43,208 nt of DNA from IMG/VR virus record IMGVR_UViG_3300045988_065740, positions 1-43,208 of that record; one strand, given 5' to 3'. The translations under genes were made by a program, and so were the position numbers. The number at the start of each line of letters is the position of its first letter. The stretch's first letter is position 1. Below, one piece after another: positions 25,729 to 32,845 of this stretch. Source of the DNA: a virus. The notes under the pieces are model-generated. The model searched no databases. It saw nothing but the letters and a program-made list of their open reading frames with translations, and was not told the DNA's origin.

Positions 25729-27381
25729 TCACACCCTTAGTTTAACATCAAGCACGATCTCCGGCGAAGTCCAGTTTCCACCTGTATTCAGCGGCGACTT
25801 GTGGCGGGTGCGCTTCTGCTCCTTGTCGTAATAGCGTACCTGCTTACTGCGTATTCTCTGCGGCGCATCCCTATGATATTCAATGCGTTCGATACAGGCT
25901 TTCAGGAGCCTGTTTTTTGTTGCTGCGTCCACGTCTGGATTATGCAGAGCGTTGAGTGCTTCGGTAAATTGCGCTATCTTTTCTTCGTAATCGACAGGTT
26001 CAGGCATGGATTCGTAAGCCTTGCAAAGCGCCTGTCTGACTTCTTCCTTCTCCTTCAATAGCTTTTCATTGAGCTTCTGGAAGATGTGCGGCGGCATCCG
26101 CTTTGCCGGATCAGGATCGGCTTGCGCTTCCCATTGAGCCAGTTCCTTTGCTTCAAGCTCTTTTTGCTTGGCTTCCAGATTGTTGATAAGCCGCATATGC
26201 AGCTTGACTGAATCGCCTTCATTGTTTTTCAATCTGACTTGAAAATCTCTGATACAATCGGCAAGAATCGCGCTCACACGTTCTTCCATTTCAGAATAAA
26301 GGCAAGAACCGGTTTTGCAGTATGTTTGTCCATCGCACAGTAGGCGCGGGGCTGAATCTCGGTTTTTATATATCCGCAGCGACATTGCGCGGCCACATTT
26401 ACACCAAATCAGGCCAGCAAACGGGTTTCTGACTTTCGTGGTTGGCTTCTGGCGAGTGTTTCTCCCCTTTTTCGCTTGCGCCGCGTTGAAAAGTTCTTCA
26501 GGGACAATGGCTTCGTGCTTTCCGTCATAAATCAGATATTCGCCCACTTTTGCAACCGGCCTTGTTTTCTTGAACTCCCCTTCTTCAACTATGGTCAGAG
26601 TTTTTCTGTGATTCCATTTGACCTTTCCAATGTAGTGAATGTTTTCCAACATTTTTGTCATTGCTGCCGTAGACCAATGTTCACCTTTCGGCGGCTTAAT
26701 GCCCATTTCATCAAATTTCTTGCAGATGGTTGTGCAACCCATGTTTTTATTGACGTACAGATCAAACATCATGCGGACAACATCTGCTTCTTCTTTGTTC
26801 GGGACGAGGATAGGACACTTCCTTTTTCCTTCTGTGACAAAGGTTTTGTCATAGCCGTATGGCGCAATATTTCCTACATAGTTTCCCTGACTGACGGACA
26901 GCAGGCGACCCCGGTTCAGGATTTTCTTCGTGTATTCAAGGTAGTCATTTCCGCGCTTCAGTTCGCGTTCGAATGCGTCCCAGTCATATTCATCCCGCAG
27001 GTCATAAATGCGCTGTGGCGTGATTACAAGGGTGTTGGTGTGCTTCAGTAGCTTCATCAGGCGGCCTATATCCTCCAAGTCACCACGGGTCAACCGCTGC
27101 GGCTCTACCACGGCAACGGCCTTGTATCGCGGCGATTCGATCAGGCGCAGAACGCGGTTGATCTCCGGGCGTTCGGCTATGGTTTCGCCGGACACAACTT
27201 CCCTATATTTATTTTCTTCCGGCACGACAGCGCCGAGGTGCTTTTCAGCCCATTCGTCCAGCATGGCTTCATGTTTTGACAGCACTTCTTCAACAGTCAG
27301 CAGCGGATCATCTGACCTGGACTTTCTCAAATAGTCAATGACTTCTTCCGGCTTAAAATCTATCTTCGGTTGATAATACAA
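25729..27381 (-). CDS. Large serine recombinase (integrase)
   Basis: 550 aa. N-terminal resolvase-type motif YLRKSRSD and VVSGETIAERPE. Central recombinase domain. Cys cluster CKCGRAMS...CDGQTYCKTGSC and coiled-coil C-terminus. Apparent TTG start. Confidence 0.9.
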   Translation of the reverse strand: MYYQPKIDFKPEEVIDYLRKSRSDDPLLTVEEVLSKHEAMLDEWAEKHLGAVVPEENKYREVVSGETIAERPEINRVLRLIESPRYKAVAVVEPQRLTRGDLEDIGRLMKLLKHTNTLVITPQRIYDLRDEYDWDAFERELKRGNDYLEYTKKILNRGRLLSVSQGNYVGNIAPYGYDKTFVTEGKRKCPILVPNKEEADVVRMMFDLYVNKNMGCTTICKKFDEMGIKPPKGEHWSTAAMTKMLENIHYIGKVKWNHRKTLTIVEEGEFKKTRPVAKVGEYLIYDGKHEAIVPEELFNAAQAKKGRNTRQKPTTKVRNPFAGLIWCKCGRAMSLRIYKNRDSAPRLLCDGQTYCKTGSCLYSEMEERVSAILADCIRDFQVRLKNNEGDSVKLHMRLINNLEAKQKELEAKELAQWEAQADPDPAKRMPPHIFQKLNEKLLKEKEEVRQALCKAYESMPEPVDYEEKIAQFTEALNALHNPDVDAATKNRLLKACIERIEYHRDAPQRIRSKQVRYYDKEQKRTRHKSPLNTGGNWTSPEIVLDVKLRV

Positions 27382-27394
27382 AAAATCAACTTCT

Positions 27395-27436
27395 TTCTTA
27401 GGTTATTGTTCGATTTTCTTAGGTTATTGTTCGATT
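27395..27436. repeat. Perfect tandem duplication, 2 x 21 bp (ttcttaggttattgttcgatt)
   Basis: Read directly. It lies in the 71-nt gap between the membrane-HTH gene stop and the recombinase start. Confidence 0.95.
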
Positions 27437-27452
27437 ATATTAAACTGTCTTT

Positions 27453-28028
27453 CTATTTATCCTCTTTTCTTCTGCTTTTTGCAATATAGTATAGAAACCC
27501 AAAGACGGCGGCACCAATGAGAATGCACAGCGCACACCCAATGACGGGGAATCTGCTTGCAACAAAAAGGCCGTGCTCCCTATCGCTGATGTCCAGCGCG
27601 ATATATCCGCACAGGGCAACGGAAAGGAATATGCACAGGCCAGCCAGCCCATAAATAACGGGCTTTCGCTCCCTGATTCCGGCTTGAAGCATCCTGCACT
27701 TTTCGTTCAAGTGCTTTATCTGCTGTTCTGCGCTGTTTAGCTTGGCCTGAAGATCGGCGTTCTCCCCCGCTTCCCGCTCACTCTGCGGCTCTGTGTCAAA
27801 CAGTCCATCCATAGAAAGATTGAGATACTTGCACAGGGCGGCGATATAAAACACGCTGGGGCTTGCCAGTGCCCCGGACAGAAACTTTGCAACGGTAGAC
27901 CGGGGAACGCCTGTGTGCTCCACAATCTCACGGTGCGTCCTATGCTGCGCTATTGCAGCTGCTTTGATGTTCTTGTACAGATTGTCGCATTGTGGCTGAA
28001 TTTGTTGAATAATAGTCTGCTTTTCCAT
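27453..28028 (-). CDS. Membrane-anchored HTH (XRE-like) regulator
   Basis: 191 aa. N-terminal HTH (HREIVEHTGVPRSTVAKFLSG), coiled coil (LQAKLNSAEQQIKHLNEKCRMLQ), then two hydrophobic helices (VIYGLAGLCIFLSVALCGYIAL; VIGCALCILIGAAVFGFLYYI). Confidence 0.75.
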   Translation of the reverse strand: MEKQTIIQQIQPQCDNLYKNIKAAAIAQHRTHREIVEHTGVPRSTVAKFLSGALASPSVFYIAALCKYLNLSMDGLFDTEPQSEREAGENADLQAKLNSAEQQIKHLNEKCRMLQAGIRERKPVIYGLAGLCIFLSVALCGYIALDISDREHGLFVASRFPVIGCALCILIGAAVFGFLYYIAKSRRKEDK

Positions 28029-28308
28029 AAAAATCTCCCGCTATCCTTTCCTTACATCGTTTAATTCGTCTGTAACATAGATTATCCCGGTTTGAGTGTT
28101 TACTTTTTATGAAAATTCGCTCTATTATGTAACCATAGCAGGTGAGGGGCTGCAACTCACAAGCTGCTACACGCCCGGTCATTCGGTGGCACGGTGGCCG
28201 GGCAACCTTTTCCAAAAATGGCATTTGTTTCTGGTTTCAAATTTTGTTGCAATTTCGTAAAATTAACCCGAAGAACATTAGTTCCCCTCTAATGAAAGGA
28301 TGTCTAAA

Positions 28309-28422
28309 ATGGATAAGTCAACATACATACACGAAATTGTCAAACTATTGGAAAGATGCAATGATGTCGAACTATTAGACCTTATTTATCAAATCATGCT
28401 CAAAGCATCCACAGGCATTTAA
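28309..28422 (+). CDS. Possible 37-aa micro-ORF
   Basis: ATG preceded by gaaagga; MDKSTYIHEIVKLLERCNDVELLDLIYQIMLKASTGI. Too short to support strongly. Confidence 0.25.
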   Translation: MDKSTYIHEIVKLLERCNDVELLDLIYQIMLKASTGI

Positions 28423-28775
28423 TCCAGAAAAGCATTTAAGCTTTTCCGCTTTTCAGAATCCATCTTACTAATTTTATCTACAATAGATAGGAATTCTTCA
28501 TCACTGCGTAATTTTAGAACGATGTCAGAAATGGCATCGTTATTTTTTTGCGCCTTTGTCCTTTCCATTGGAACATCATAGCCAAGCAACCATGATTCAG
28601 CTACATCAAGACACTTTGCGATTTTGTATAGGCGATCTGACTTTGGTTCAACTTTGCCAGACAAATACATAGACATTGAAGATTTTGGAATGCCTGTCTT
28701 TTCGCAGATGTCAACAGCCTTCATATTCCTTATATCCATTGCATTTTGAATCCGGCTGTATATCGGAACTCTCAT
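28419..28775 (-). CDS. CI-like repressor (XRE HTH, no peptidase domain)
   Basis: ATG 28775 is preceded by aagggag. HTH region MKAVDICEKTGIPKSSMSMYLSGK. Divergent from the early promoter. The longer ORF option starts at 28799. Confidence 0.8.
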   Translation of the reverse strand: MRVPIYSRIQNAMDIRNMKAVDICEKTGIPKSSMSMYLSGKVEPKSDRLYKIAKCLDVAESWLLGYDVPMERTKAQKNNDAISDIVLKLRSDEEFLSIVDKISKMDSEKRKSLNAFLD

Positions 28776-28799
28776 AATATCACTCCCTTTCCAAAACAT

Positions 28800-28828
28800 A
28801 CTATATCACCGAAAGTTCAACTTTGCAA
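28800..28828 (-). promoter_or_regulatory. Candidate repressor promoter (minus strand): TTGCAA, 17-nt spacer, TATAGT
   Basis: The minus strand reads ttgcaa agttgaactttcggtga tatagt, ending about 20 nt upstream of ATG 28775. Confidence 0.55.
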
Positions 28829-28835
28829 TATGCAA

Positions 28836-28852
28836 GTTTAATTTTTTTGAAC
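28836..28852. promoter_or_regulatory. Operator-like site, degenerate copy (gtttaatttttttgaac)
   Basis: Resembles the reverse complement of the 16-bp palindrome with one extra base. It abuts the -35 of the early promoter. Confidence 0.5.
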
Positions 28853-28859
28853 TTAGGTA

Positions 28860-28887
28860 TTGACAAATAAAATTATAGCAGTATAAT
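28860..28887 (+). promoter_or_regulatory. Candidate early (lytic) promoter: TTGACA, 16-nt spacer, TATAAT
   Basis: ttgaca at 28860-28865 and tataat at 28882-28887. Both are consensus hexamers. Confidence 0.7.
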
Positions 28888-28896
28888 AATGGCAGA

Positions 28897-28912
28897 GTTC
28901 AAAAAGTTGAAC
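28897..28912. promoter_or_regulatory. Operator O-a: palindrome gttcaa-aaag-ttgaac
   Basis: Perfect 6-bp inverted arms, 10 nt downstream of the -10 hexamer. Confidence 0.7.
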
Positions 28913-28955
28913 AACGCATCGAACATATATCGAACATATTTTTTTTGCAAAAGAA

Positions 28956-28971
28956 GTTCAAAAAGTTGAAC
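28956..28971. promoter_or_regulatory. Operator O-b: identical 16-mer gttcaaaaagttgaac
   Basis: Exact repeat of 28897-28912, located 59 bp downstream of it. Confidence 0.7.
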
Positions 28972-28998
28972 ACAGCCGACAAGCAGGAGGAAATAAAA

Positions 28999-29274
28999 AT
29001 GAAGAACGCAAAAGCACTTAATCTGAAGAACATGAAAGAAACCATCGTGAACTATTCTGGAGATCAGAAAGAGTTTGATAAAATATGGGACGCTTTCTAC
29101 CAGATGGCTTGCATCGGTTTCATCAGTCAGGACACATGGAAGAAATTCTCTGACCAGTGCGCTGGCTGGTATGTTGATGAAGAAAACGCTTGCGTCCGTG
29201 ATGGGCGACACTGCCCCGAAGGTGTTGATTCCATCGTATGGAAGTACACGCCAGACGCAGAATACAAGGCATGA
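28999..29274 (+). CDS. Early small hypothetical protein
   Basis: ATG 28999 follows gcaggagg; 91 aa. First gene after the early promoter. Confidence 0.65.
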   Translation: MKNAKALNLKNMKETIVNYSGDQKEFDKIWDAFYQMACIGFISQDTWKKFSDQCAGWYVDEENACVRDGRHCPEGVDSIVWKYTPDAEYKA

Positions 29275-29326
29275 ACACAAAAGCCGGTGGGCGGCGGCTA
29301 AACCGCCCGGGAAAGGAGGACGCACA

Positions 29327-29605
29327 ATGACCATTGAAACCATGCTTTACAGAAGATACAAGCAGTCCTTCTCCGACTGCGAAACGGTAGTCGGAAGCTA
29401 TGACAAGGGACGCAAGACCATCAAAGTTCTGCTGCCCGATGGCCGTTTAAAGCCCTCTGGCACGCGCGGCCAGTCCTATAAGTGGATGGAGTTTACCGGC
29501 GTCGAGAACGCCACGGGGCGGCCTGTGCGCTGCACCATCAAGGCGATTTGCAAGGACAACGCGATTAAGCGGCTGCCGAAGTCCTGCACATGGAACATTG
29601 ACTAA
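29327..29605 (+). CDS. Early small hypothetical protein
   Basis: ATG 29327 follows gaaaggagg; 92 aa. The longer 29075 ORF overlaps the previous gene and is discounted. Confidence 0.65.
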   Translation: MTIETMLYRRYKQSFSDCETVVGSYDKGRKTIKVLLPDGRLKPSGTRGQSYKWMEFTGVENATGRPVRCTIKAICKDNAIKRLPKSCTWNID

Positions 29606-29616
29606 GGGGGTGCGGA

Positions 29617-29871
29617 ATGAACTGCCACGGCTGCAAGTGGCTTGACCGCTACAAGGAGGACGGGCGCGGTTACTGTACGCATGTCGAGAGCAGCGAGCAA
29701 GGACGTGCCCACCGAGCTTACCTCCGGGCGAACAAGCAGAAGTACATTTTAGGCAGGGCGGAAGAGCCGTCTATCAAGGTCAGAATTCCGGATATGGAGC
29801 GCTGCGAGCTTTACGATCCAGGCGACTATAAAACCAGATTTAAAAAGGAGAACGACCATGCTGAACCATGA
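29617..29871 (+). CDS. Early small Cys-containing hypothetical protein
   Basis: 84 aa, RBS aaggggg. Contains CHGC...C...C residues. Confidence 0.6.
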   Translation: MNCHGCKWLDRYKEDGRGYCTHVESSEQGRAHRAYLRANKQKYILGRAEEPSIKVRIPDMERCELYDPGDYKTRFKKENDHAEP

Positions 29872-30013
29872 GAAAGAGAAGATCGAACAGGCGGTCAAGA
29901 CCATTAACAATACTGTAAACCGTGTGCTGATTGCCGATCTTTACGAGGGCTACGAACTGCGGAAGCTGAAAGAAGCCTTGACGCTCCTGCTTGAAGAAGC
30001 AGACAAGAAGTAA
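29858..30013 (+). CDS. Early 51-aa helical hypothetical protein (not in the supplied ORF track)
   Basis: ATG 29858 follows aaaaaggag. I translated it as MLNHEKEKIEQAVKTINNTVNRVLIADLYEGYELRKLKEALTLLLEEADKK, with stop TAA at 30011-30013. Confidence 0.5.
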   Translation: MLNHEKEKIEQAVKTINNTVNRVLIADLYEGYELRKLKEALTLLLEEADKK

Positions 30014-30040
30014 CCCCGTGCGGACGAGGAGGGTACAACG

Positions 30041-30253
30041 ATGGATAACTATAACAACATTTTTAGGCCGAATTTGGCGAAAGCCTTGAAGCCTTGCCCG
30101 TTTTGCGGATGCACCGACATCGTGTACGAGAGATACAGCCATCCGTCCGGTTGGCGCTGGCGCGTGTGGTGCGTTGATTGCATGGCAGGCATTGACCCCG
30201 GCTACGCACAAGATCAGTCAACGGTGCAAAGAATGTGGAACAGCAGAGCATAA
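30041..30253 (+). CDS. Lar-like restriction alleviation family protein, copy 1
   Basis: 70 aa. LKPCPFCGCTD...WCVDC...VQRMWNSRA matches the Lar-family pattern of CPFCG, a second Cys pair, and a WN-R ending. Confidence 0.65.
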   Translation: MDNYNNIFRPNLAKALKPCPFCGCTDIVYERYSHPSGWRWRVWCVDCMAGIDPGYAQDQSTVQRMWNSRA

Positions 30254-30340
30254 GCCGAAACGGCCTGAAAGGCCGTCTGCCGGGGATGACCGCCCGGCAC
30301 TGAAGATGGCAGGTCAATATATAAGAAAGGAATGATGTAA

Positions 30341-30550
30341 ATGAGCTATGCAAAGCTGCGCGGTAAAATCCGCGAGGTGTACGGGACGCAGGAAGCCTTC
30401 GCTGAAGCAATCGGGCTTTCTAAGGCTGGGCTTTCCATGAGACTGAATAACAAGATCAAGTGGACTGCCGATGAAATCGAAAAAACCAAGAACGCACTTG
30501 GCTTTGAAGCGGCAGAAATCGGCGAATATTTTTTTACACGAAAAGTTTAA
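30341..30550 (+). CDS. Cro-like / DUF739-like HTH protein
   Basis: 69 aa. GTQEAFAEAIGLSKAGLSMRLNNK is an HTH. It is the last gene of the first early block, and an operator copy overlaps its stop codon. Confidence 0.7.
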   Translation: MSYAKLRGKIREVYGTQEAFAEAIGLSKAGLSMRLNNKIKWTADEIEKTKNALGFEAAEIGEYFFTRKV

Positions 30551-30560
30551 CTTTTTGAAC
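30545..30560. promoter_or_regulatory. Distal operator copy (gtttaactttttgaac)
   Basis: Reverse complement of the 16-bp palindrome with one mismatch. The flanking tttttgaacttag is shared with 28844-28856. Confidence 0.6.
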
Positions 30561-30582
30561 TTAGCGGAAGGAGGTAACACCG

Positions 30583-30807
30583 ATGTCAAGGAAAATCACA
30601 CCGGAAGAACTGGTTGACGCAGAGATCGAGCGTCTGAAGAAAACGGACGCTGTGAAGCTGGCGCAGAAGGAACAGCGGCTTTTGTATCGCAAGCGGAAAT
30701 ACCTTGCTGATCTGCGCTGGTTGGAAAAGCGCGGCAAGGCGCTGATGGCCGAGGGCTGGACGCTGGACACGCTGGAGCTGCTGTTCAGGGACATCCCGGA
30801 GGAATAA
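30583..30807 (+). CDS. Hypothetical protein
   Basis: 74 aa, with a strong RBS (ggaaggaggt). Confidence 0.65.
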   Translation: MSRKITPEELVDAEIERLKKTDAVKLAQKEQRLLYRKRKYLADLRWLEKRGKALMAEGWTLDTLELLFRDIPEE

Positions 30808-30867
30808 CCAGCATTCGGACAACCAATGACCGAATAGGTTAAATCATAACAGAAAGGGAGTGTTTTT

Positions 30868-31095
30868 GTGAAAAGTCAAAGTCAGGATGTCTATGGTGAA
30901 CCGAGGGTTTTCAAGTTTCCAGGTCTGACGGCGTATGTCTACCAACCAATCCTGACGGACGAAGAAAGAGCCAGGCGCATGAAGCGCATTGAGCAAGCCG
31001 CAGCGGCGGTGCTGATCGAACAAGAAAAACTAAAGATAAGGAAGCGAGAGCATGAAACGCACGAAAACGAGAAACCAGCGCAAGCGCGGATGTAA
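30868..31095 (+). CDS. Hypothetical protein
   Basis: 75 aa, GTG start after aagggag. Its 3' end overlaps the next ORF by 44 nt. Confidence 0.5.
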   Translation: MKSQSQDVYGEPRVFKFPGLTAYVYQPILTDEERARRMKRIEQAAAAVLIEQEKLKIRKREHETHENEKPAQARM

Positions 31096-31255
31096 GGACG
31101 CTTGTCTGATTGCCGTGGTTGTTCTCCTGTGGGCAACCGTGGCCGTGATGATGTTCCGGGCATGGGTTGAACATCCGGCAGAGCAGCCAGTGAGCTATGA
31201 TCAACACATTGCCCACATCTGGTCATTAGGAGGTGATCCAGATGGACTGTCCTGA
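31052..31255 (+). CDS. Small membrane protein
   Basis: 67 aa. Basic N-terminus followed by the hydrophobic helix CLIAVVVLLWATVAVMMF. Confidence 0.5.
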   Translation: MKRTKTRNQRKRGCKDACLIAVVVLLWATVAVMMFRAWVEHPAEQPVSYDQHIAHIWSLGGDPDGLS

Positions 31256-31439
31256 CAATTACAGCCAATGGGAAGAACGCGAAAGACAAGCCGAAGCGCG
31301 GCTTGCAAGGCGGCCTGTGTGCTATGAGTGCGGCGAACACATACAGGATGATGACTGCTGGGAGTTGAACGGTGAACTTATCTGCACGGACTGCCTTGAA
31401 GCAAACCACAAGAAACACACGGAGGATTACATAGAATGA
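31242..31439 (+). CDS. Small Cys-rich (zinc-ribbon-like) protein
   Basis: ATG 31242 lies 8 nt after aggagg. Contains CYECG...CTDC pairs. Confidence 0.55.
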   Translation: MDCPDNYSQWEERERQAEARLARRPVCYECGEHIQDDDCWELNGELICTDCLEANHKKHTEDYIE

Positions 31440-32128
31440 AGGTTTTAGAGCTATTTGCCGGGACACGAAGCATCGGCAAGGCGTTTGAAGCCCACGGCCA
31501 TGAGGTGTTTTCTGTTGAGTGGGACAAGCACTTTGAAAACATTGACCTTTATGCCGACATCATGACCGTCACGGCTGATGACATCATTCAGCGGTTCGGC
31601 AGACCGGATGTGATATGGGCAAGCCCGGACTGCACGACATTCAGCATTGCGGCAATCAGCCATCACCGGCGCAAAAACGCAGCGACCGGCAATCTTGATC
31701 CCGTCAGCGAATACGCGAGGTTCTGCGATGCGGTCGATCAGCATGTTTTACAGCTTATCCGTGAGCTGAAACCGAAGTTTTACTTCATCGAAAATCCCCG
31801 TGGTGGCATGAGAAAGATGACCTGGATGCAGGGACTTCCCCGTTACACAGTCACATATTGCCAGTACGGTGACACAAGAATGAAGCCAACTGACATCTGG
31901 ACAAACCATCCTGATCCGCAGTTTAAGCCGATTTGCAAAAACGGTGATCCATGCCACGAAAGAAGCCCAAGAGGGGCAACCATCAGGAAGGCAAAGCAAA
32001 TGGGCATCATCCTTCCCCGCGGTGGAACAAGTGCGCTGAAGAACAGCATGGAAAGGTCAAAGATTCCTCCTGCACTGTGCCAGCACATTGTAGAAATCTG
32101 CGAAAAACCTTATGACATTCTGTATTAG
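31436..32128 (+). CDS. Compact DNA (cytosine-5)-methyltransferase-like protein (orphan)
   Basis: 230 aa. Motif I LELFAGTRSIG, motif IV-like SPDCTTFS, motif VI-like IENPRG, QYGD...R, and C-terminal KIPPALCQHI. No adjacent restriction endonuclease gene. Confidence 0.7.
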   Translation: MKVLELFAGTRSIGKAFEAHGHEVFSVEWDKHFENIDLYADIMTVTADDIIQRFGRPDVIWASPDCTTFSIAAISHHRRKNAATGNLDPVSEYARFCDAVDQHVLQLIRELKPKFYFIENPRGGMRKMTWMQGLPRYTVTYCQYGDTRMKPTDIWTNHPDPQFKPICKNGDPCHERSPRGATIRKAKQMGIILPRGGTSALKNSMERSKIPPALCQHIVEICEKPYDILY

Positions 32129-32167
32129 TGCCACGGTCAGCCCCAAATCTGCTAAATCTCAAAAGGA

Positions 32168-32830
32168 GTGAAAGCCTTGATAGAAATGAAAATCCTGTCC
32201 GGCCACGATGAATGGCTTGAAGCACGGTCACATTATATCGGCGGTTCTGACGCGGCGGCAGTTCTTGGCTTGAATCCGTACAAGTCCAATCTTGAACTGT
32301 GGCAGGAAAAGACCGGCATTGTTACACCGGAAGATATAAGCGAAAAGCCGTATGTGAAGTATGGTCACGCTGCTGAAAGCTATCTGCGGGAACTGTTTGC
32401 GCTGGACTTCCCTGAATACGAAGTGTGCTATGCCGAAAACAATCTCTGGCTGAATGATGCTTTTCCCTTTGCCCATGCGTCTCTTGATGGATGGCTTACG
32501 GATCAGGACGGCAGGAAGGGCGTTCTTGAAATCAAGACCACCAACATCCTTCAGAGTATGCAGAAGGAAAAGTGGGATCACAGAATCCCGGATAACTACT
32601 ACATACAGGTACTCCATTATCTGATGGTCACAGAATTTGATTTTGCCGTTCTGAAGGCTCAACTGAAGTACGAATTTCAGGGCGGTGACATCATGCTTCA
32701 GACGAAGCACTACAAAATTGAACGTTCGGATGTTCAGGAAGATATTGCATACCTGATGCAGAAAGAAGCTGACTTCTGGAAAAGCGTTCGGGCCAAAAAG
32801 AAACCGGCGCTTCTGTTGCCGGAAATATAA
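32168..32830 (+). CDS. YqaJ-like recombination exonuclease
   Basis: WLEARSHYIGGSDAAAVLGLNPYKS...LWQEKTG...DG...LEIKT is the YqaJ/PD-(D/E)XK pattern. The start is uncertain (GTG 32168, TTG 32177 or ATG 32186). Confidence 0.8.
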   Translation: MKALIEMKILSGHDEWLEARSHYIGGSDAAAVLGLNPYKSNLELWQEKTGIVTPEDISEKPYVKYGHAAESYLRELFALDFPEYEVCYAENNLWLNDAFPFAHASLDGWLTDQDGRKGVLEIKTTNILQSMQKEKWDHRIPDNYYIQVLHYLMVTEFDFAVLKAQLKYEFQGGDIMLQTKHYKIERSDVQEDIAYLMQKEADFWKSVRAKKKPALLLPEI

Positions 32831-32845
32831 GAAAAGGAGAAACAC

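Noticed and set aside
26476-27334. Plus-strand ORFs 26476..27051 and 27008..27334
   Set aside because: They are antisense to the clearly recognisable serine recombinase gene.
28100-28215. A tRNA or tmRNA fragment in the GC-rich island
   Set aside because: I could not find a T-loop (GTTCRANNC-like) or a cloverleaf arrangement by eye.
27940-28378. ORFs 27940..28224 (-) and 28142..28378 (+) in the lysogeny intergenic gap
   Set aside because: Their composition is odd (Cys/Arg-rich), they have no RBS, and they overlap the HTH gene start or the structured GC island. They are probably non-coding.
29075-29326. The long version of ORF 29075..29605
   Set aside because: Its 5' part overlaps the 28999..29274 gene in another frame. 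A strong RBS precedes the internal ATG at 29327.
30261-30298. Two GC hairpins after the Lar-like gene (cggcc/ggccg and gccggg/cccggc) read as an intrinsic terminator
   Set aside because: No U-tract follows either stem. They may be RNA stability or processing elements, but I cannot support a terminator call.
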